The notes under the pieces are model-generated. The model saw only the letters and a list, made by a program, of their open reading frames with translations, was not told where the DNA came from and did no database searches. The position numbers were made by a program, and so were the translations under genes. Below are positions 9,457 to 19,045 of a DNA stretch of 64,000 nt, piece after piece; within the stretch, counting starts at the first letter, position 1; each line of letters starts with the position of its first letter. The DNA is from Planctomycetota bacterium (GTDB taxonomy: Bacteria; Planctomycetota; Phycisphaerae; WQYP01). The DNA is taken from NCBI GenBank assembly GCA_021818445.1, contig JAKAEB010000011.1, positions 2,269 through 66,268 on the forward strand, given 5' to 3'.

Positions 9457-9540
9457 GCCGCAAGCGACGACGCAGCAACTCTCCGACACGCCAGCAGAAT
9501 TGCGGTGAGAGCAGAGTGGTTGGCCAGAGAACAGATTGGG

Positions 9541-11031
9541 TTAGACGTTGGCCCGCTGCTTTCGCAGTTGGGCGAGGCGCTGTCGCGCATCACGGAAATT
9601 AAAATCCCATTGTGTGATTTTGCTGTAGATTTTTTCGGCTTCCGGCCCTTGGTTGGTCAGTTCGTAAGCCCGCGCCAGCCAGTAGTGCATTTCTTTGCTG
9701 CGGCTGTCGCCGGTAGACGCCAATTCATAGTTTTCAATCGCGCGCTGGAGTGTTTCGCTCGCCTCAAGGTGCATGCCCTGATCCAAAAAGGCCCGCCCCA
9801 GTAATTGCAGGGCATCGGCCCGGTGCTTCGGACTGGCCTGGGCCTGCTGCAGAATGCCGATGGCCTCTTCCGAACGATGGGCGCGATAAAGGCGAAGGCC
9901 ATACTCGTACGCGATATTGGCGTCGGATGGGAAATTTTTCATTCTTTCCGCAAACTCATCAACTTCAAATGCAAGCTTTTCCGCATCGATATCTGCGATT
10001 TTTTTTATCAGTTCCTTATCATCCGGATGGGCCTTAAGTTTTTCATTCAAGATGCGTAAGTCGCGCCGATATTTGCGAATGCGCACATCGCCCTGCAGCA
10101 TTTTGTAGCGGTACGTGCGGGTTTCTTTGTATGCCTGTTCCAGCACGGCAATGGCTTCCTGGTCGCATTCGTCCGATTCCACATCGAGCAAAGCCTTGAC
10201 CAATTTAGCGACATTCTGTGCATCGAGAGGATTTTGCTCCCACGCTTCGCGTGCATCCTCCACCATTTTGATGCGAAATTCTTCCGTTTTATTCAGCGCA
10301 TCTTTTTGCAGAAGTTCCTGGGTCACTTCTTTGTTGGCAAGCGACTCTTTGAAGTCCGGTACCTTTTCGTATCCGCCGCGCTTGAGCGTTTCACGCGTGC
10401 CTAAATCTTTAATCCGCTGATCCAAGGCGGCATCGTTCGGCGTTAGCGCAAAGGCCAACTGCACGGCCTCGCCGGCTTTGGAAAATTCCGACACCTGTTC
10501 AAAGTAGTCTGCCATTTCCAGATATTGTTTCGGGTTGGGTGTCTTGCTGGTGCTGATACCCTGAAGCACAAAAGGCCCAAACCAAGTGATAATTTCCCGG
10601 TAGCCCCCGAGTGCGGCATGCTTCATCATGTTAAGCATGTGACCGATATTGCCGGGGTCTTTGGCCAGCAGATATTCAGCATTGAGCATCTGCTCTTTTG
10701 GCGACTTGCCGGAAAAATAGGGCTTGACACCGAGGAAACCGCCAGCCGGTTTGCCACCACTGACTTTGCGACGTAAAGAGACTTCGCGCAGGGCCTTGTG
10801 CTCATCGAGATTTTCGGGCTCTCGCAGAAGCCCTTGTATGTACATGTCCAAGGCGTAGTCGTAGTTACCGGTGTCAGCGACCGTCTTGGCGCGATCAAAA
10901 AATGACTTTCCCTTACCCGGGCCTTCTACAACTACAGTCTCTTGTGCTTTGGCCATATCAACTTCCGAAACCATCAAAAACCGCCAGCCAAAACTGCACT
11001 GGCATCGACCACGAATATCTCTTTCTCTCAC
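9541..11031 (-). CDS. tetratricopeptide (TPR) repeat protein
   Basis: Multiple TPR-like helical repeats (AYEYGLRLYRAH..., ALQLLGRAFLDQG..., HYWLARAYELTNQG...). The start may be the internal Met (MAKAQ) at about 10956. Confidence 0.6.
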   Translation of the reverse strand: MRERDIRGRCQCSFGWRFLMVSEVDMAKAQETVVVEGPGKGKSFFDRAKTVADTGNYDYALDMYIQGLLREPENLDEHKALREVSLRRKVSGGKPAGGFLGVKPYFSGKSPKEQMLNAEYLLAKDPGNIGHMLNMMKHAALGGYREIITWFGPFVLQGISTSKTPNPKQYLEMADYFEQVSEFSKAGEAVQLAFALTPNDAALDQRIKDLGTRETLKRGGYEKVPDFKESLANKEVTQELLQKDALNKTEEFRIKMVEDAREAWEQNPLDAQNVAKLVKALLDVESDECDQEAIAVLEQAYKETRTYRYKMLQGDVRIRKYRRDLRILNEKLKAHPDDKELIKKIADIDAEKLAFEVDEFAERMKNFPSDANIAYEYGLRLYRAHRSEEAIGILQQAQASPKHRADALQLLGRAFLDQGMHLEASETLQRAIENYELASTGDSRSKEMHYWLARAYELTNQGPEAEKIYSKITQWDFNFRDARQRLAQLRKQRANV

Positions 11032-11242
11032 CAGAAGTATACACGATTGTACACGCTCAAGACGCCAACGCGCCGAAAACCATTACCGTCTACCCTGAAA
11101 ATTAACAAACTATGGGTGATAGTCAACCCTTGGCTATTACTTGCAGGAAACCAAGCCTCGCCATCAGCCTGCAATTGCTTCCGATAATCTACGGAATCGG
11201 GATGCCGGCCACGGACAATTTGGGAGGCGAAAGCTCAAGATG

Positions 11243-11998
11243 TCATTTGGATGCGGCACTTTTGGATCGATCGGCGGAAGCCTGACGCAAGAGGCGATTA
11301 ATGATACCGGATCGCCCCTTTTGCGCAATAAATTCAAAGCCTCCATCATTTTGCAGATAGATGGTGTAGAGAATTCCGGGGCGGACCGGTTTGGCGACAT
11401 ATTGCCGCTCCACCACCTGCAGCCCAAGCGCCTTGGCCGCATGCCGCGACCGAATAAGACCGGCAATTTTTCGCCATAGCATGAGTGCAAACGGATTCGG
11501 TGGTCCATGTTGTGGTTCAAGCACACGTGGCACGCCATCACGACCCAGCAGCGACGTCCCATGATCCGGTGCCTGGGATTTGGAAAATATGCCAGTGAAG
11601 AACCCGATGGATTTGCCACGCAGCGCATCGCCCGCCTCGACAAATGAATCGGCAAACTTCAGCACATATCCGCCGATATATGGTTCATCACCGGGAATGC
11701 GTATTATTTTCAAGGGCAGCGGCACCGCCTCGCCATTCCTGGAATAGGTAAATTCGCGCCACAGGATGGTGGTTTGAACCACATGGCCGCGACCATTGAT
11801 CTTCTGCCCATCCACCACGAGTTGGGCTTGCCGGGTGCGTCCCGTAAGGCGTTTGATGACCGATTTGAGTTCAGCCTTTTCTTTTTTCAGTTGCGCGATT
11901 TGCGCATCGCGCGATACATACTGCTGGGCGAGATTCACCGCCAAGGCGATGAATGTCGCAAGCACGACGACCCAGAAGATACCACGCCCCAACTTCAC
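11243..11998 (-). CDS. hypothetical membrane-anchored protein (251 aa)
   Basis: N-terminal TM helix (IFWVVVLATFIALAV) followed by a coiled-coil; same strand as ptsI. Confidence 0.45.
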   Translation of the reverse strand: MKLGRGIFWVVVLATFIALAVNLAQQYVSRDAQIAQLKKEKAELKSVIKRLTGRTRQAQLVVDGQKINGRGHVVQTTILWREFTYSRNGEAVPLPLKIIRIPGDEPYIGGYVLKFADSFVEAGDALRGKSIGFFTGIFSKSQAPDHGTSLLGRDGVPRVLEPQHGPPNPFALMLWRKIAGLIRSRHAAKALGLQVVERQYVAKPVRPGILYTIYLQNDGGFEFIAQKGRSGIINRLLRQASADRSKSAASK

Positions 11999-12042
11999 CG
12001 TATTACCTTTTTATCATCGCCCTTATCATCGCTTTTAAATTA

Positions 12043-13623
12043 CTACTTAATCAATGGTGCAGTCAACGCCTGCAAGCGGCGATGCCATAGCCGGGCCATC
12101 TTGGCAAAGGTTGTGGGAGTCCACGTAGACCCATCACCTGCGATGTATTGCAACAGACGGCCGTGACTGGACACCCACATTTTTGATTCGTACGGGTCCA
12201 TCAGATCGGTAACCAGGAAGGCTCGCTTCATCTGGCCTTCAACATTTATGGCCGCGTGCGACTGCACTGAGAGGACACGCAGCGCCGGTCGCCGGGCACG
12301 GTTGTTAAATGCCACCATCGCCAGCGGTTTGCTGCGGCGCAGATTCAATAAATGTGGCCAAAGCAGTTTCAGTATCGGTGGCATAAACGCGGGCATATCG
12401 GACCGCAGAACAAAATGTACCGGCGGGTTGGGCACGCCGGCCACCACGTGACTGAGGGTTCGCACCACGCGCACATGCGTTCGATAGACATATCCATCCG
12501 TAGGCTGCCCGTGCGAATTCATAATCGGGAAAAAGGCCGTTGTGGCCTGCCCCACTTCGGTCACCCAGTGGGTATCGTAATTGGGATATGGCGGATGGAG
12601 CTTAATAAGTTTAGGCTTGCGCGTTTTAGGGTCAACAACGATCCGCTGTGAATGCAATTCAGCCACCACTGGATTATTAAACGGAACCATCGTTTCGACG
12701 GAGTCCGTCCATTGTGAAAAATGCGTCGGCGGGCCTTTGGCCCCGGGCTGATGCGTAAATGCCCAGAAATAGGTTTCCTTGTGGAAAATATCGGTTCCAT
12801 TTTTCAAAAACACCCGGCTGTTCGTTGAACAGAAAACCCCGTAAAGCCCATCGCGCTTGCCCCGGTAAGTTTGTACGGCAACATATCCAAGCGGGCGGCC
12901 GTAGGCTTTAATTTGAAACAGCCGCGTTCCGAGGTGAATCTTTTTGAGCAGCTTGCCGGCGGAAATGGTTTTAAGCCACTTTTTGGCCCTTTTGACGGCC
13001 GCCATACGCAACTTGGCCTCCGCCCGAACGTTGATGAATCGGAAAGATTTAAGCACGCGCGAAAACATGCTGCGTGCCCCGGTGTGCAGATCACCAGGGC
13101 TGAAAAAGGTCAACAAAAATATTTCTTTGGGGCCTTTTTCAATAAGTACCTGTTGCCGCATGATGGATACCGGGTGCTTGTCAGAAACCGCCTGAAATCG
13201 AATGGTGAAACGCATGGCTTTGTGGCCGGAAATGACGGTCGGCTGGCGCACCAGCACCTTAACTTTTTTATAGGCCTGGCGATCGGCGGCCAGCGACTCT
13301 TTGACAATCTGGCTGAGCTTTACCGGTGTGGCGAAAAAACTTTGGTGTACGATAAGCCCCCAACGCAACGGGGCATATGTGAAGCTGACAATATCATTAC
13401 CTTTGCGGGCGTAAACCACCGAATTGCGGGGTGATCGCAAAATAAATCCGTCGGCGTCATCGCGCCAGGCGGGTGCCAGTCTGGTATTTAACCCCGAGCA
13501 GCGGGCCACCGGTGTGAGGCAAAGTGGCAGGACCCATATCAAACAAATAATTATGATTTGTTTGATATTTTGAACTGTCATTCGGGGTGTGCCTGTTCCT
13601 ATCCGGTCAATGTGCTTAATCAC
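12043..13623 (-). CDS. hypothetical exported protein (526 aa)
   Basis: Long ORF with a hydrophobic N-terminal signal/anchor (IIIICLIWVLPLCLTPVA); no recognisable domain. Confidence 0.45.
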   Translation of the reverse strand: MIKHIDRIGTGTPRMTVQNIKQIIIICLIWVLPLCLTPVARCSGLNTRLAPAWRDDADGFILRSPRNSVVYARKGNDIVSFTYAPLRWGLIVHQSFFATPVKLSQIVKESLAADRQAYKKVKVLVRQPTVISGHKAMRFTIRFQAVSDKHPVSIMRQQVLIEKGPKEIFLLTFFSPGDLHTGARSMFSRVLKSFRFINVRAEAKLRMAAVKRAKKWLKTISAGKLLKKIHLGTRLFQIKAYGRPLGYVAVQTYRGKRDGLYGVFCSTNSRVFLKNGTDIFHKETYFWAFTHQPGAKGPPTHFSQWTDSVETMVPFNNPVVAELHSQRIVVDPKTRKPKLIKLHPPYPNYDTHWVTEVGQATTAFFPIMNSHGQPTDGYVYRTHVRVVRTLSHVVAGVPNPPVHFVLRSDMPAFMPPILKLLWPHLLNLRRSKPLAMVAFNNRARRPALRVLSVQSHAAINVEGQMKRAFLVTDLMDPYESKMWVSSHGRLLQYIAGDGSTWTPTTFAKMARLWHRRLQALTAPLIK

Positions 13624-13703
13624 GCTGCGTATTCCTCCGCGCCCAACACCCAGGTGACCGCACCAGCACCGGCTGTCACCCTGATAACGAACTCTTTGAT
13701 ACG

Positions 13704-14315
13704 CTATTGATACCGATGCGCCAAGCCTGTGACAATTTTCAAAAATAACTCCTTGTCATAAATCGACAGACCATGGCGCAAACCGAATATGACCACATGG
13801 AACCGTCCGTTGCCGGCCGCCCGCGCAATAAGCAGGCGAACACCCTCGATCGGCAAACGGCCTTGAACGATGGCGGGAGTTTTTACTCCCACACGATAAC
13901 TGCGCCAAATAAGCATGGGAACGCCGAGGATATCTTCAATGGATGGTTGAGGTGCCGCCCATCCATGAGATGCTGGAAACAAATGTTGAATAAAAGCACT
14001 GGCCCGAATTTTGGCGGAGCTTCGGCCCGCAACTGATGCTCGTCCCGCATCGAAGAATGAAAGACTGATGCGATGGTGTCCGTGTGGTACCCAGGTGTAG
14101 CTGGCGGCATCGGACGGGATAAGAGCCGATATGGAAGGTTTGACTGACCGCGCTCCCTGCGGCAGTAGAGATTTGTACCAAGGCCCGCGTAGCGCCTGCC
14201 GAAAAGCCATTGACCCACGGGCGGCGGCAAGGGCAATAACCAGCAACACCAGCATCAGGATGGCAAGTGCCTGGCTTCGGAAGGTTGGATTGGATAAATC
14301 AAAATAACGGGGCAC
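13704..14315 (-). CDS. hypothetical membrane protein (203 aa)
   Basis: N-terminal TM helix (ALAILMLVLLVIALAAA), directly downstream of ptsI on the same strand. Confidence 0.4.
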   Translation of the reverse strand: MPRYFDLSNPTFRSQALAILMLVLLVIALAAARGSMAFRQALRGPWYKSLLPQGARSVKPSISALIPSDAASYTWVPHGHHRISLSFFDAGRASVAGRSSAKIRASAFIQHLFPASHGWAAPQPSIEDILGVPMLIWRSYRVGVKTPAIVQGRLPIEGVRLLIARAAGNGRFHVVIFGLRHGLSIYDKELFLKIVTGLAHRYQ

Positions 14316-14318
14316 AGT

Positions 14319-16115
14319 TCAGGCTTCCTGCGAATGATGGGCCAATTTTGACACGTCATCCCGGTAGTAATCCGGGTGATAGCGTCGCATTTCTTCATGC
14401 AGCAGGTTCAATATTTGATGACCATGTTCCATCTTGAGGGCTTTTCGGGCAATTTTCTCGGCCTGCTTCAAAGTTATTTGCCGAATGAGTTGCTTGATCT
14501 CGGGAATGTTGTTGGGTGTAATGGAAAGCGTGCGCAGGCCCAAACCCACCAGCAGCATGGTGTAATCCGGATCGCCCCCCATCTCGCCGCAGAGCGATAC
14601 GTTTTTCACCTCGGCTTTACCCGCCCGCTGCACCCGGCGGATGAGCCGGATAACGGCCGGGTGTGCACCGGTAAACAGTGACGCGACACGCTGATTCCCA
14701 CGATCGACCGCCAGCGTGTATTGAATGAGATCATTGGAACCAATGGATACAAAGTCGGCATCGTGCACATATGGCTTCGGCATAAGTGCGGTGGATGGCA
14801 CCTCGATCATCATCCCGATGCGGATGTAGCGATTGTAGGCAAGGCCCTCTTCGTCCAGATCTTCCATGGTATCCTTGAGCACCATTTTGGCTTGTCGCAG
14901 TTCCCACATATTGCAGATCATGGGGAACATAATGCGGACATCTCCAAGCACACTGGCGCGAAGAATGGCACGCAACTGCACCTTGAACAAATCCTGATTG
15001 GCCAGACAAAGCCGGATGGAACGACAACCCAGGAAAGGATTCGACTCGGCAGGCAAATCTAAACTGGGGGTGGATTTATCCGCGCCCAAATCCAGCGTGC
15101 GTATGATCACGGGTTTGCCTGCCAGGCGCCGCACCACTTCAGCGTAGGCGGCGTAGTGGTCATCTTCAGTGGGAAATTTTTCATTGCCTAAATATAAAAA
15201 CTCGGTTCGATAAAGCCCGATCCCCATGGCCCCTTTCTGGAGAGCCTGATCCACCTCATGCGGAAATTCGATATTGGCCAGGAGCGTAATATCAACACCA
15301 TCTTTGGTGCGGGCCGGTTCATCGCGGAGTTGCTCCAATTCGGTGGCGTGCCGCATCTGCCGCTCGGCAAGCATGCGACCTTCTTCGATGGTCAGCGGAT
15401 CGGGATCAACTGTCACTTTACCTTCATGACCGTTGATGACAATAATGTCGCCGGTGCGAATCTCGTGGATGATATTTTCAACGCCCACGACCGCAGGAAT
15501 ACCCAAAGAGCTTGCGATAATCGCGGTGTGGCTCGTCTTTCCGCCTGATTCAATGGCGATGCCTCGCACCATGGTTTTATCCAATGATGCCGTTTGCGAG
15601 GGAGTCAGGTCGCTGGCGATTAAAATGACCGGCTCGGTAAGTTCCCCAATTCGCAAACGCTCCGCCCCGGTCAATTTTGAAAGCAGGCGTCGCTCAATAT
15701 CGTAGATATCTTTCACCCGGTCACGAAAATAGGCGTCGGAATGATCGGTGAAGATTTTGGCATAATCCCGCAGCGCGCGATACACCGCATATTCAGCCGA
15801 ATAATGCTGGCTATTGATGAGGTTGATAAAGGTGCGTATCAATTCCGGGTCGTTGAGCAGACCGAGATGAAAGTCAAAAATGGCTCCGGTCTCTTTACCC
15901 AAACGGCGCGAGGTTTGATCGCGAAGTTCCCGGACCTCTTCACTGCTTGCCGCGATGGCCGCCTGAAGTTTTTGCCGCTCGGTCTCAAGGGCGCTACTGG
16001 CCACAGTGTGAGAACCGACCCTGAGTTGGTCGTCGCTGATAACAAGCGCTTTGGCAACCGCTACGCCGCTTGAAACTCCAATACCCTGAAGAACGTCCAT
16101 GTGTGCATCATCCAA
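14319..16115 (-). CDS. ptsI: phosphoenolpyruvate-protein phosphotransferase (PTS Enzyme I)
   Basis: GGKTSHTAIIASSLGIPAVVG active-site His region and PEP-utilising C-terminal domain (RTEFLY, CGEMGGDP); 598 aa. Confidence 0.85.
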   Translation of the reverse strand: MDDAHMDVLQGIGVSSGVAVAKALVISDDQLRVGSHTVASSALETERQKLQAAIAASSEEVRELRDQTSRRLGKETGAIFDFHLGLLNDPELIRTFINLINSQHYSAEYAVYRALRDYAKIFTDHSDAYFRDRVKDIYDIERRLLSKLTGAERLRIGELTEPVILIASDLTPSQTASLDKTMVRGIAIESGGKTSHTAIIASSLGIPAVVGVENIIHEIRTGDIIVINGHEGKVTVDPDPLTIEEGRMLAERQMRHATELEQLRDEPARTKDGVDITLLANIEFPHEVDQALQKGAMGIGLYRTEFLYLGNEKFPTEDDHYAAYAEVVRRLAGKPVIIRTLDLGADKSTPSLDLPAESNPFLGCRSIRLCLANQDLFKVQLRAILRASVLGDVRIMFPMICNMWELRQAKMVLKDTMEDLDEEGLAYNRYIRIGMMIEVPSTALMPKPYVHDADFVSIGSNDLIQYTLAVDRGNQRVASLFTGAHPAVIRLIRRVQRAGKAEVKNVSLCGEMGGDPDYTMLLVGLGLRTLSITPNNIPEIKQLIRQITLKQAEKIARKALKMEHGHQILNLLHEEMRRYHPDYYRDDVSKLAHHSQEA

Positions 16116-16337
16116 ACAAGAGATTCAGGATACTGCGCAAGTCTAACGACGATGCCCTCGGCCGATTGCAACGTACCGGCGGCGCAAAACGTCACAGAGT
16201 ATATCGGTTATCAGCGTTTGAATCCAGACCAAATCCGGGGCTAAGAATCCGAAGGGCGCGACAATTTCTCCTGGCAGAGGCAAAAACGCCGCAAAACCGG
16301 CGATTTGCGTCGCTTCTTGAGGCATGCCCGAAACGTC

Positions 16338-16450
16338 TGGGAGCCTGTCCGAGTAATAACGGGGACTGCGACGGCATGGATTTTGGCGGGCATCAAGAAG
16401 CGGTGCCGAGGGCGTATCGGGCGATAAGCCGAGAAAGCCACCCCGCAGCA
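16338..16450. repeat. conserved intergenic element, copy B (see 7327..7440)
   Basis: About 90% identity to copy A over about 95 nt; intergenic, antisense to both flanking genes (ptsI and the sigma factor). Confidence 0.6.
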
Positions 16451-16577
16451 GCCAGGGAAAAAAAGTGGCCCAGGCGCTGCACCGATTACGCCTGGGCCTT
16501 GAATAATCCGGTCTTACAACCGGAACGATTGAAAAATTATTCGGTGAATTTGCGGTGCTGCGCCACCACGGACGCCT

Positions 16578-17582
16578 TTACCGCCGGAGAATCTCCCCAT
16601 CGAGCGCCAGCCGCAATTTTTCAAGGGCACGGTTCTGAATTTGACGAACGCGTTCTTTCGTTACGCCGATCACCTGCCCTACCTCTTCCAGCGTGAGCGA
16701 CTCGGTATCGGCCGGTCTGTTGACGGCAAAGCGGGCCTCAATAACGCGCTGCTCAACGTCGGTAAGCTCAGCGCGGTTGGTTGAGATAATTCGTTGCAGT
16801 TCTTCAACTGCGTCTTTGGCGACCGCCTGACGGCGCAGTTCCATCTCGTTCGATCGCTCCATGGAAGGATCAAACTCGGCAGGGAACAGGCTATTGTAGC
16901 GGCTGGACTTTACCGCGATGCGACTGAATGCCTTGAGAATTGCCCGGCAGGCATAGGTGCTGAATTTGAAACCGCGTGCGGCATCAAACTTTTCCACGGC
17001 CCGCAGGAGCGCCATATTGCCCTCGGATATCAGTTCGCTGAAATCCACATCTGACATGCGGGTGCGCTTGGCCATCGCCAAAACCAATGCCAGATTGGCG
17101 TTGGTGAGAATTTCGCGTGTTTCTCGGCTGCGACGGTGCCACAGCACCACCTCATTGGCAACTTTCAGCCCCGGTGCCGCCCTGAGACGGGCTACCGCCT
17201 GCTTGGTTCGCATCCGGGCATAGTTGTAGCGGAGAAAAAGATGCTGCTCCTGCTTGGTATTCAGCAGAGCCCCTGAAGGCGCGGACGAGCCGTTCAAATC
17301 GTCATCAAGCATGGGGTGATACCACGATGTGCTTGCGGCGGCAATTTCCATCCCCTCGTCGAAGAGGGTGGCCTCGGCCGAACGTTTCTTGAACAAGGGA
17401 TTATCGATGTAATCAATGGGAAGCGAAAGAGCCTCCAAGGCGACATCCAACGAACCATCCTTGAGATGAGAGAGGGATCGCCGCAGTTTGGCTGGCAATT
17501 CAGGCAAAGTTAAGATTACGGGGGGTGGTGTTGCAACTGGCATACTGTACTCCTTCCAGTTCACGATGCGACGATCCATCAC
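16578..17582 (-). CDS. RNA polymerase sigma factor, sigma-70 family (non-ECF; regions 2-4 present)
   Basis: EGNMALLRAVEKFDAARGFKFSTYACRAI (region 2) and VIGVTKERVRQIQNRALEKLR (region 4.2 helix-turn-helix). Confidence 0.75.
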   Translation of the reverse strand: MMDRRIVNWKEYSMPVATPPPVILTLPELPAKLRRSLSHLKDGSLDVALEALSLPIDYIDNPLFKKRSAEATLFDEGMEIAAASTSWYHPMLDDDLNGSSAPSGALLNTKQEQHLFLRYNYARMRTKQAVARLRAAPGLKVANEVVLWHRRSRETREILTNANLALVLAMAKRTRMSDVDFSELISEGNMALLRAVEKFDAARGFKFSTYACRAILKAFSRIAVKSSRYNSLFPAEFDPSMERSNEMELRRQAVAKDAVEELQRIISTNRAELTDVEQRVIEARFAVNRPADTESLTLEEVGQVIGVTKERVRQIQNRALEKLRLALDGEILRR

Positions 17583-17599
17583 AATTGCCGCACCGAAAG

Positions 17600-17770
17600 A
17601 CTATACGGAGCAAATCCGGGACCCGATTAGAAGAGATTCAAAAATTTTTCTTTTTAGAATACATAAGATGATGTTTTACATTAATTTACAATTAAAATGC
17701 GTATTTGAAATTAAAATTTGACCAACTGGACACATCCGAAAATTCGCCAGCGGAGACCCGCCAATTTGTC
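17600..17770. promoter_or_regulatory. AT-rich divergent promoter region between the sigma-factor gene and the glmU-like-prs operon
   Basis: Sharp drop in GC (AAAAATTTTTCTTTTTAGAATACATAAGATGATGTTTTACATTAATTTACAATTAAAATGCGTATTTGAAATTAAAATTTGACC) in an otherwise about 60% GC window, between divergent genes. Confidence 0.3.
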
Positions 17771-17919
17771 AGCTACAGACAACTCACCACCACTAATGTG
17801 AGAAGGCTTTAATCAAAGGCGATTGGCGGACGACTACGGCGCATGAACAAAAAAGCCTGCGACACGATTTTCCTATTCCGGCGGCAGCGGTTAAAGTTTT
17901 GGGGCTGTGGAGGTTAATT

Positions 17920-18852
17920 ATGCCAAAATCCGGGGCGATAGTGATGGCGGCGGGAAAATCAACCCGCATGAAATCCAATAAAGTGAAAGTTTTGCACGAG
18001 GTCTGCGGGCGGCCCATGCTGGCCTATGTGCTGGATGCATTGCGGTTTGCCGACGTGGAAAAAATCACATTGGTGGTGGGCCATGATCGGGAACGGGTCA
18101 TGGATATGTTTGGCGGCCAAAAAGACTTGCACTTTGTCGAGCAGGCCGAGCAAAAGGGGACCGGGCACGCGGTTTTGATGACCGAAAAAACCATGCAGGA
18201 TGTGGACGGACCACTATTTGTGCTGGCGGGAGATGGGCCTTTGATTCGGGCCGACACACTTAAAACGTTGTTGAAGCATTTTTCAGAAAAGAAATCTGCA
18301 ATGACCTTGGCGACCAGTTTATTGCCTGATCCGATGGGGTATGGTCGCATTTTGAGGGGTGAAGACGGACGTTTGCTGAGAATTGTGGAAGACCGCGACT
18401 GCGACGAAGCGCAGCGGCGGATCGGGGAAGTAAATCCCTCATATTACCTGTTCGACAGCACCATTCTTTGGCGATTTTTGGGCAAAATCAAGCCAAATAA
18501 CGCCAAGGGAGAGTACTACCTGACCGATTTGGTGGAAATTCTGTTATCGGCGGGCCAAGCGGTGGAGGCCATCACCGCCGTGCCGCCGGAGGATGTGTTA
18601 AGCATCAATTCCAGAGCGGAATTGGCAAAAGTGAGTGCCGTGATGCAGGCCCGGATTGTGGATGCGGTGCTGGCATCCGGGGTGACGATTACGTCGCCGA
18701 TGAACACTTGGATTGAATTTGGCGCGGAAATAGGGCAAGATACTGTGCTCGAGCCGTTTACCTTTATTGGTGCGGGTGCCGTGGTTAAGGCGGGAAGCCG
18801 AGTTCCGGCGGGTACGGTAGTAGCCCGTGGCGAGCGGTTTGGTGGCATTTAG
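17920..18852 (+). CDS. glmU: UDP-N-acetylglucosamine pyrophosphorylase-like nucleotidyltransferase (GlmU N-terminal domain family; short left-handed-helix C-terminus)
   Basis: AIVMAAGKSTRMKS...KVLH nucleotidyltransferase motif; GGAGG RBS 7 nt upstream of the ATG at 17920; conserved position upstream of prs-rplY-pth as in the gcaD-prs-ctc-pth arrangement. Shorter than bifunctional GlmU. Confidence 0.65.
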   Translation: MPKSGAIVMAAGKSTRMKSNKVKVLHEVCGRPMLAYVLDALRFADVEKITLVVGHDRERVMDMFGGQKDLHFVEQAEQKGTGHAVLMTEKTMQDVDGPLFVLAGDGPLIRADTLKTLLKHFSEKKSAMTLATSLLPDPMGYGRILRGEDGRLLRIVEDRDCDEAQRRIGEVNPSYYLFDSTILWRFLGKIKPNNAKGEYYLTDLVEILLSAGQAVEAITAVPPEDVLSINSRAELAKVSAVMQARIVDAVLASGVTITSPMNTWIEFGAEIGQDTVLEPFTFIGAGAVVKAGSRVPAGTVVARGERFGGI

Positions 18853-19045
18853 CGTTATTAGCGCGATGCGAAATTTACAACGGCCAACGGGGAGTGTGGC
18901 TCCGGTTGGATTTTTTTGTTATTTTCCCAATGGGAAGGGTTGTGCTTCACAATTTGCCCGGGGAAAGCGGCGGCGTGGCTTGATTTTGCACGCCATGGAA
19001 ACGACGGCAATGGCTGGCGTCGGCAAAATGGACGGATAACTGGCG

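Noticed and set aside
16070-16696. 208-aa plus-strand ORF spanning the ptsI/sigma intergenic region
   Set aside because: It runs through the conserved 110-nt repeat and overlaps the 3' end of the sigma-factor gene on the other strand. Its similarity to the copy-A region is at the nucleotide level (synonymous and non-synonymous changes mixed), so it is not a protein.
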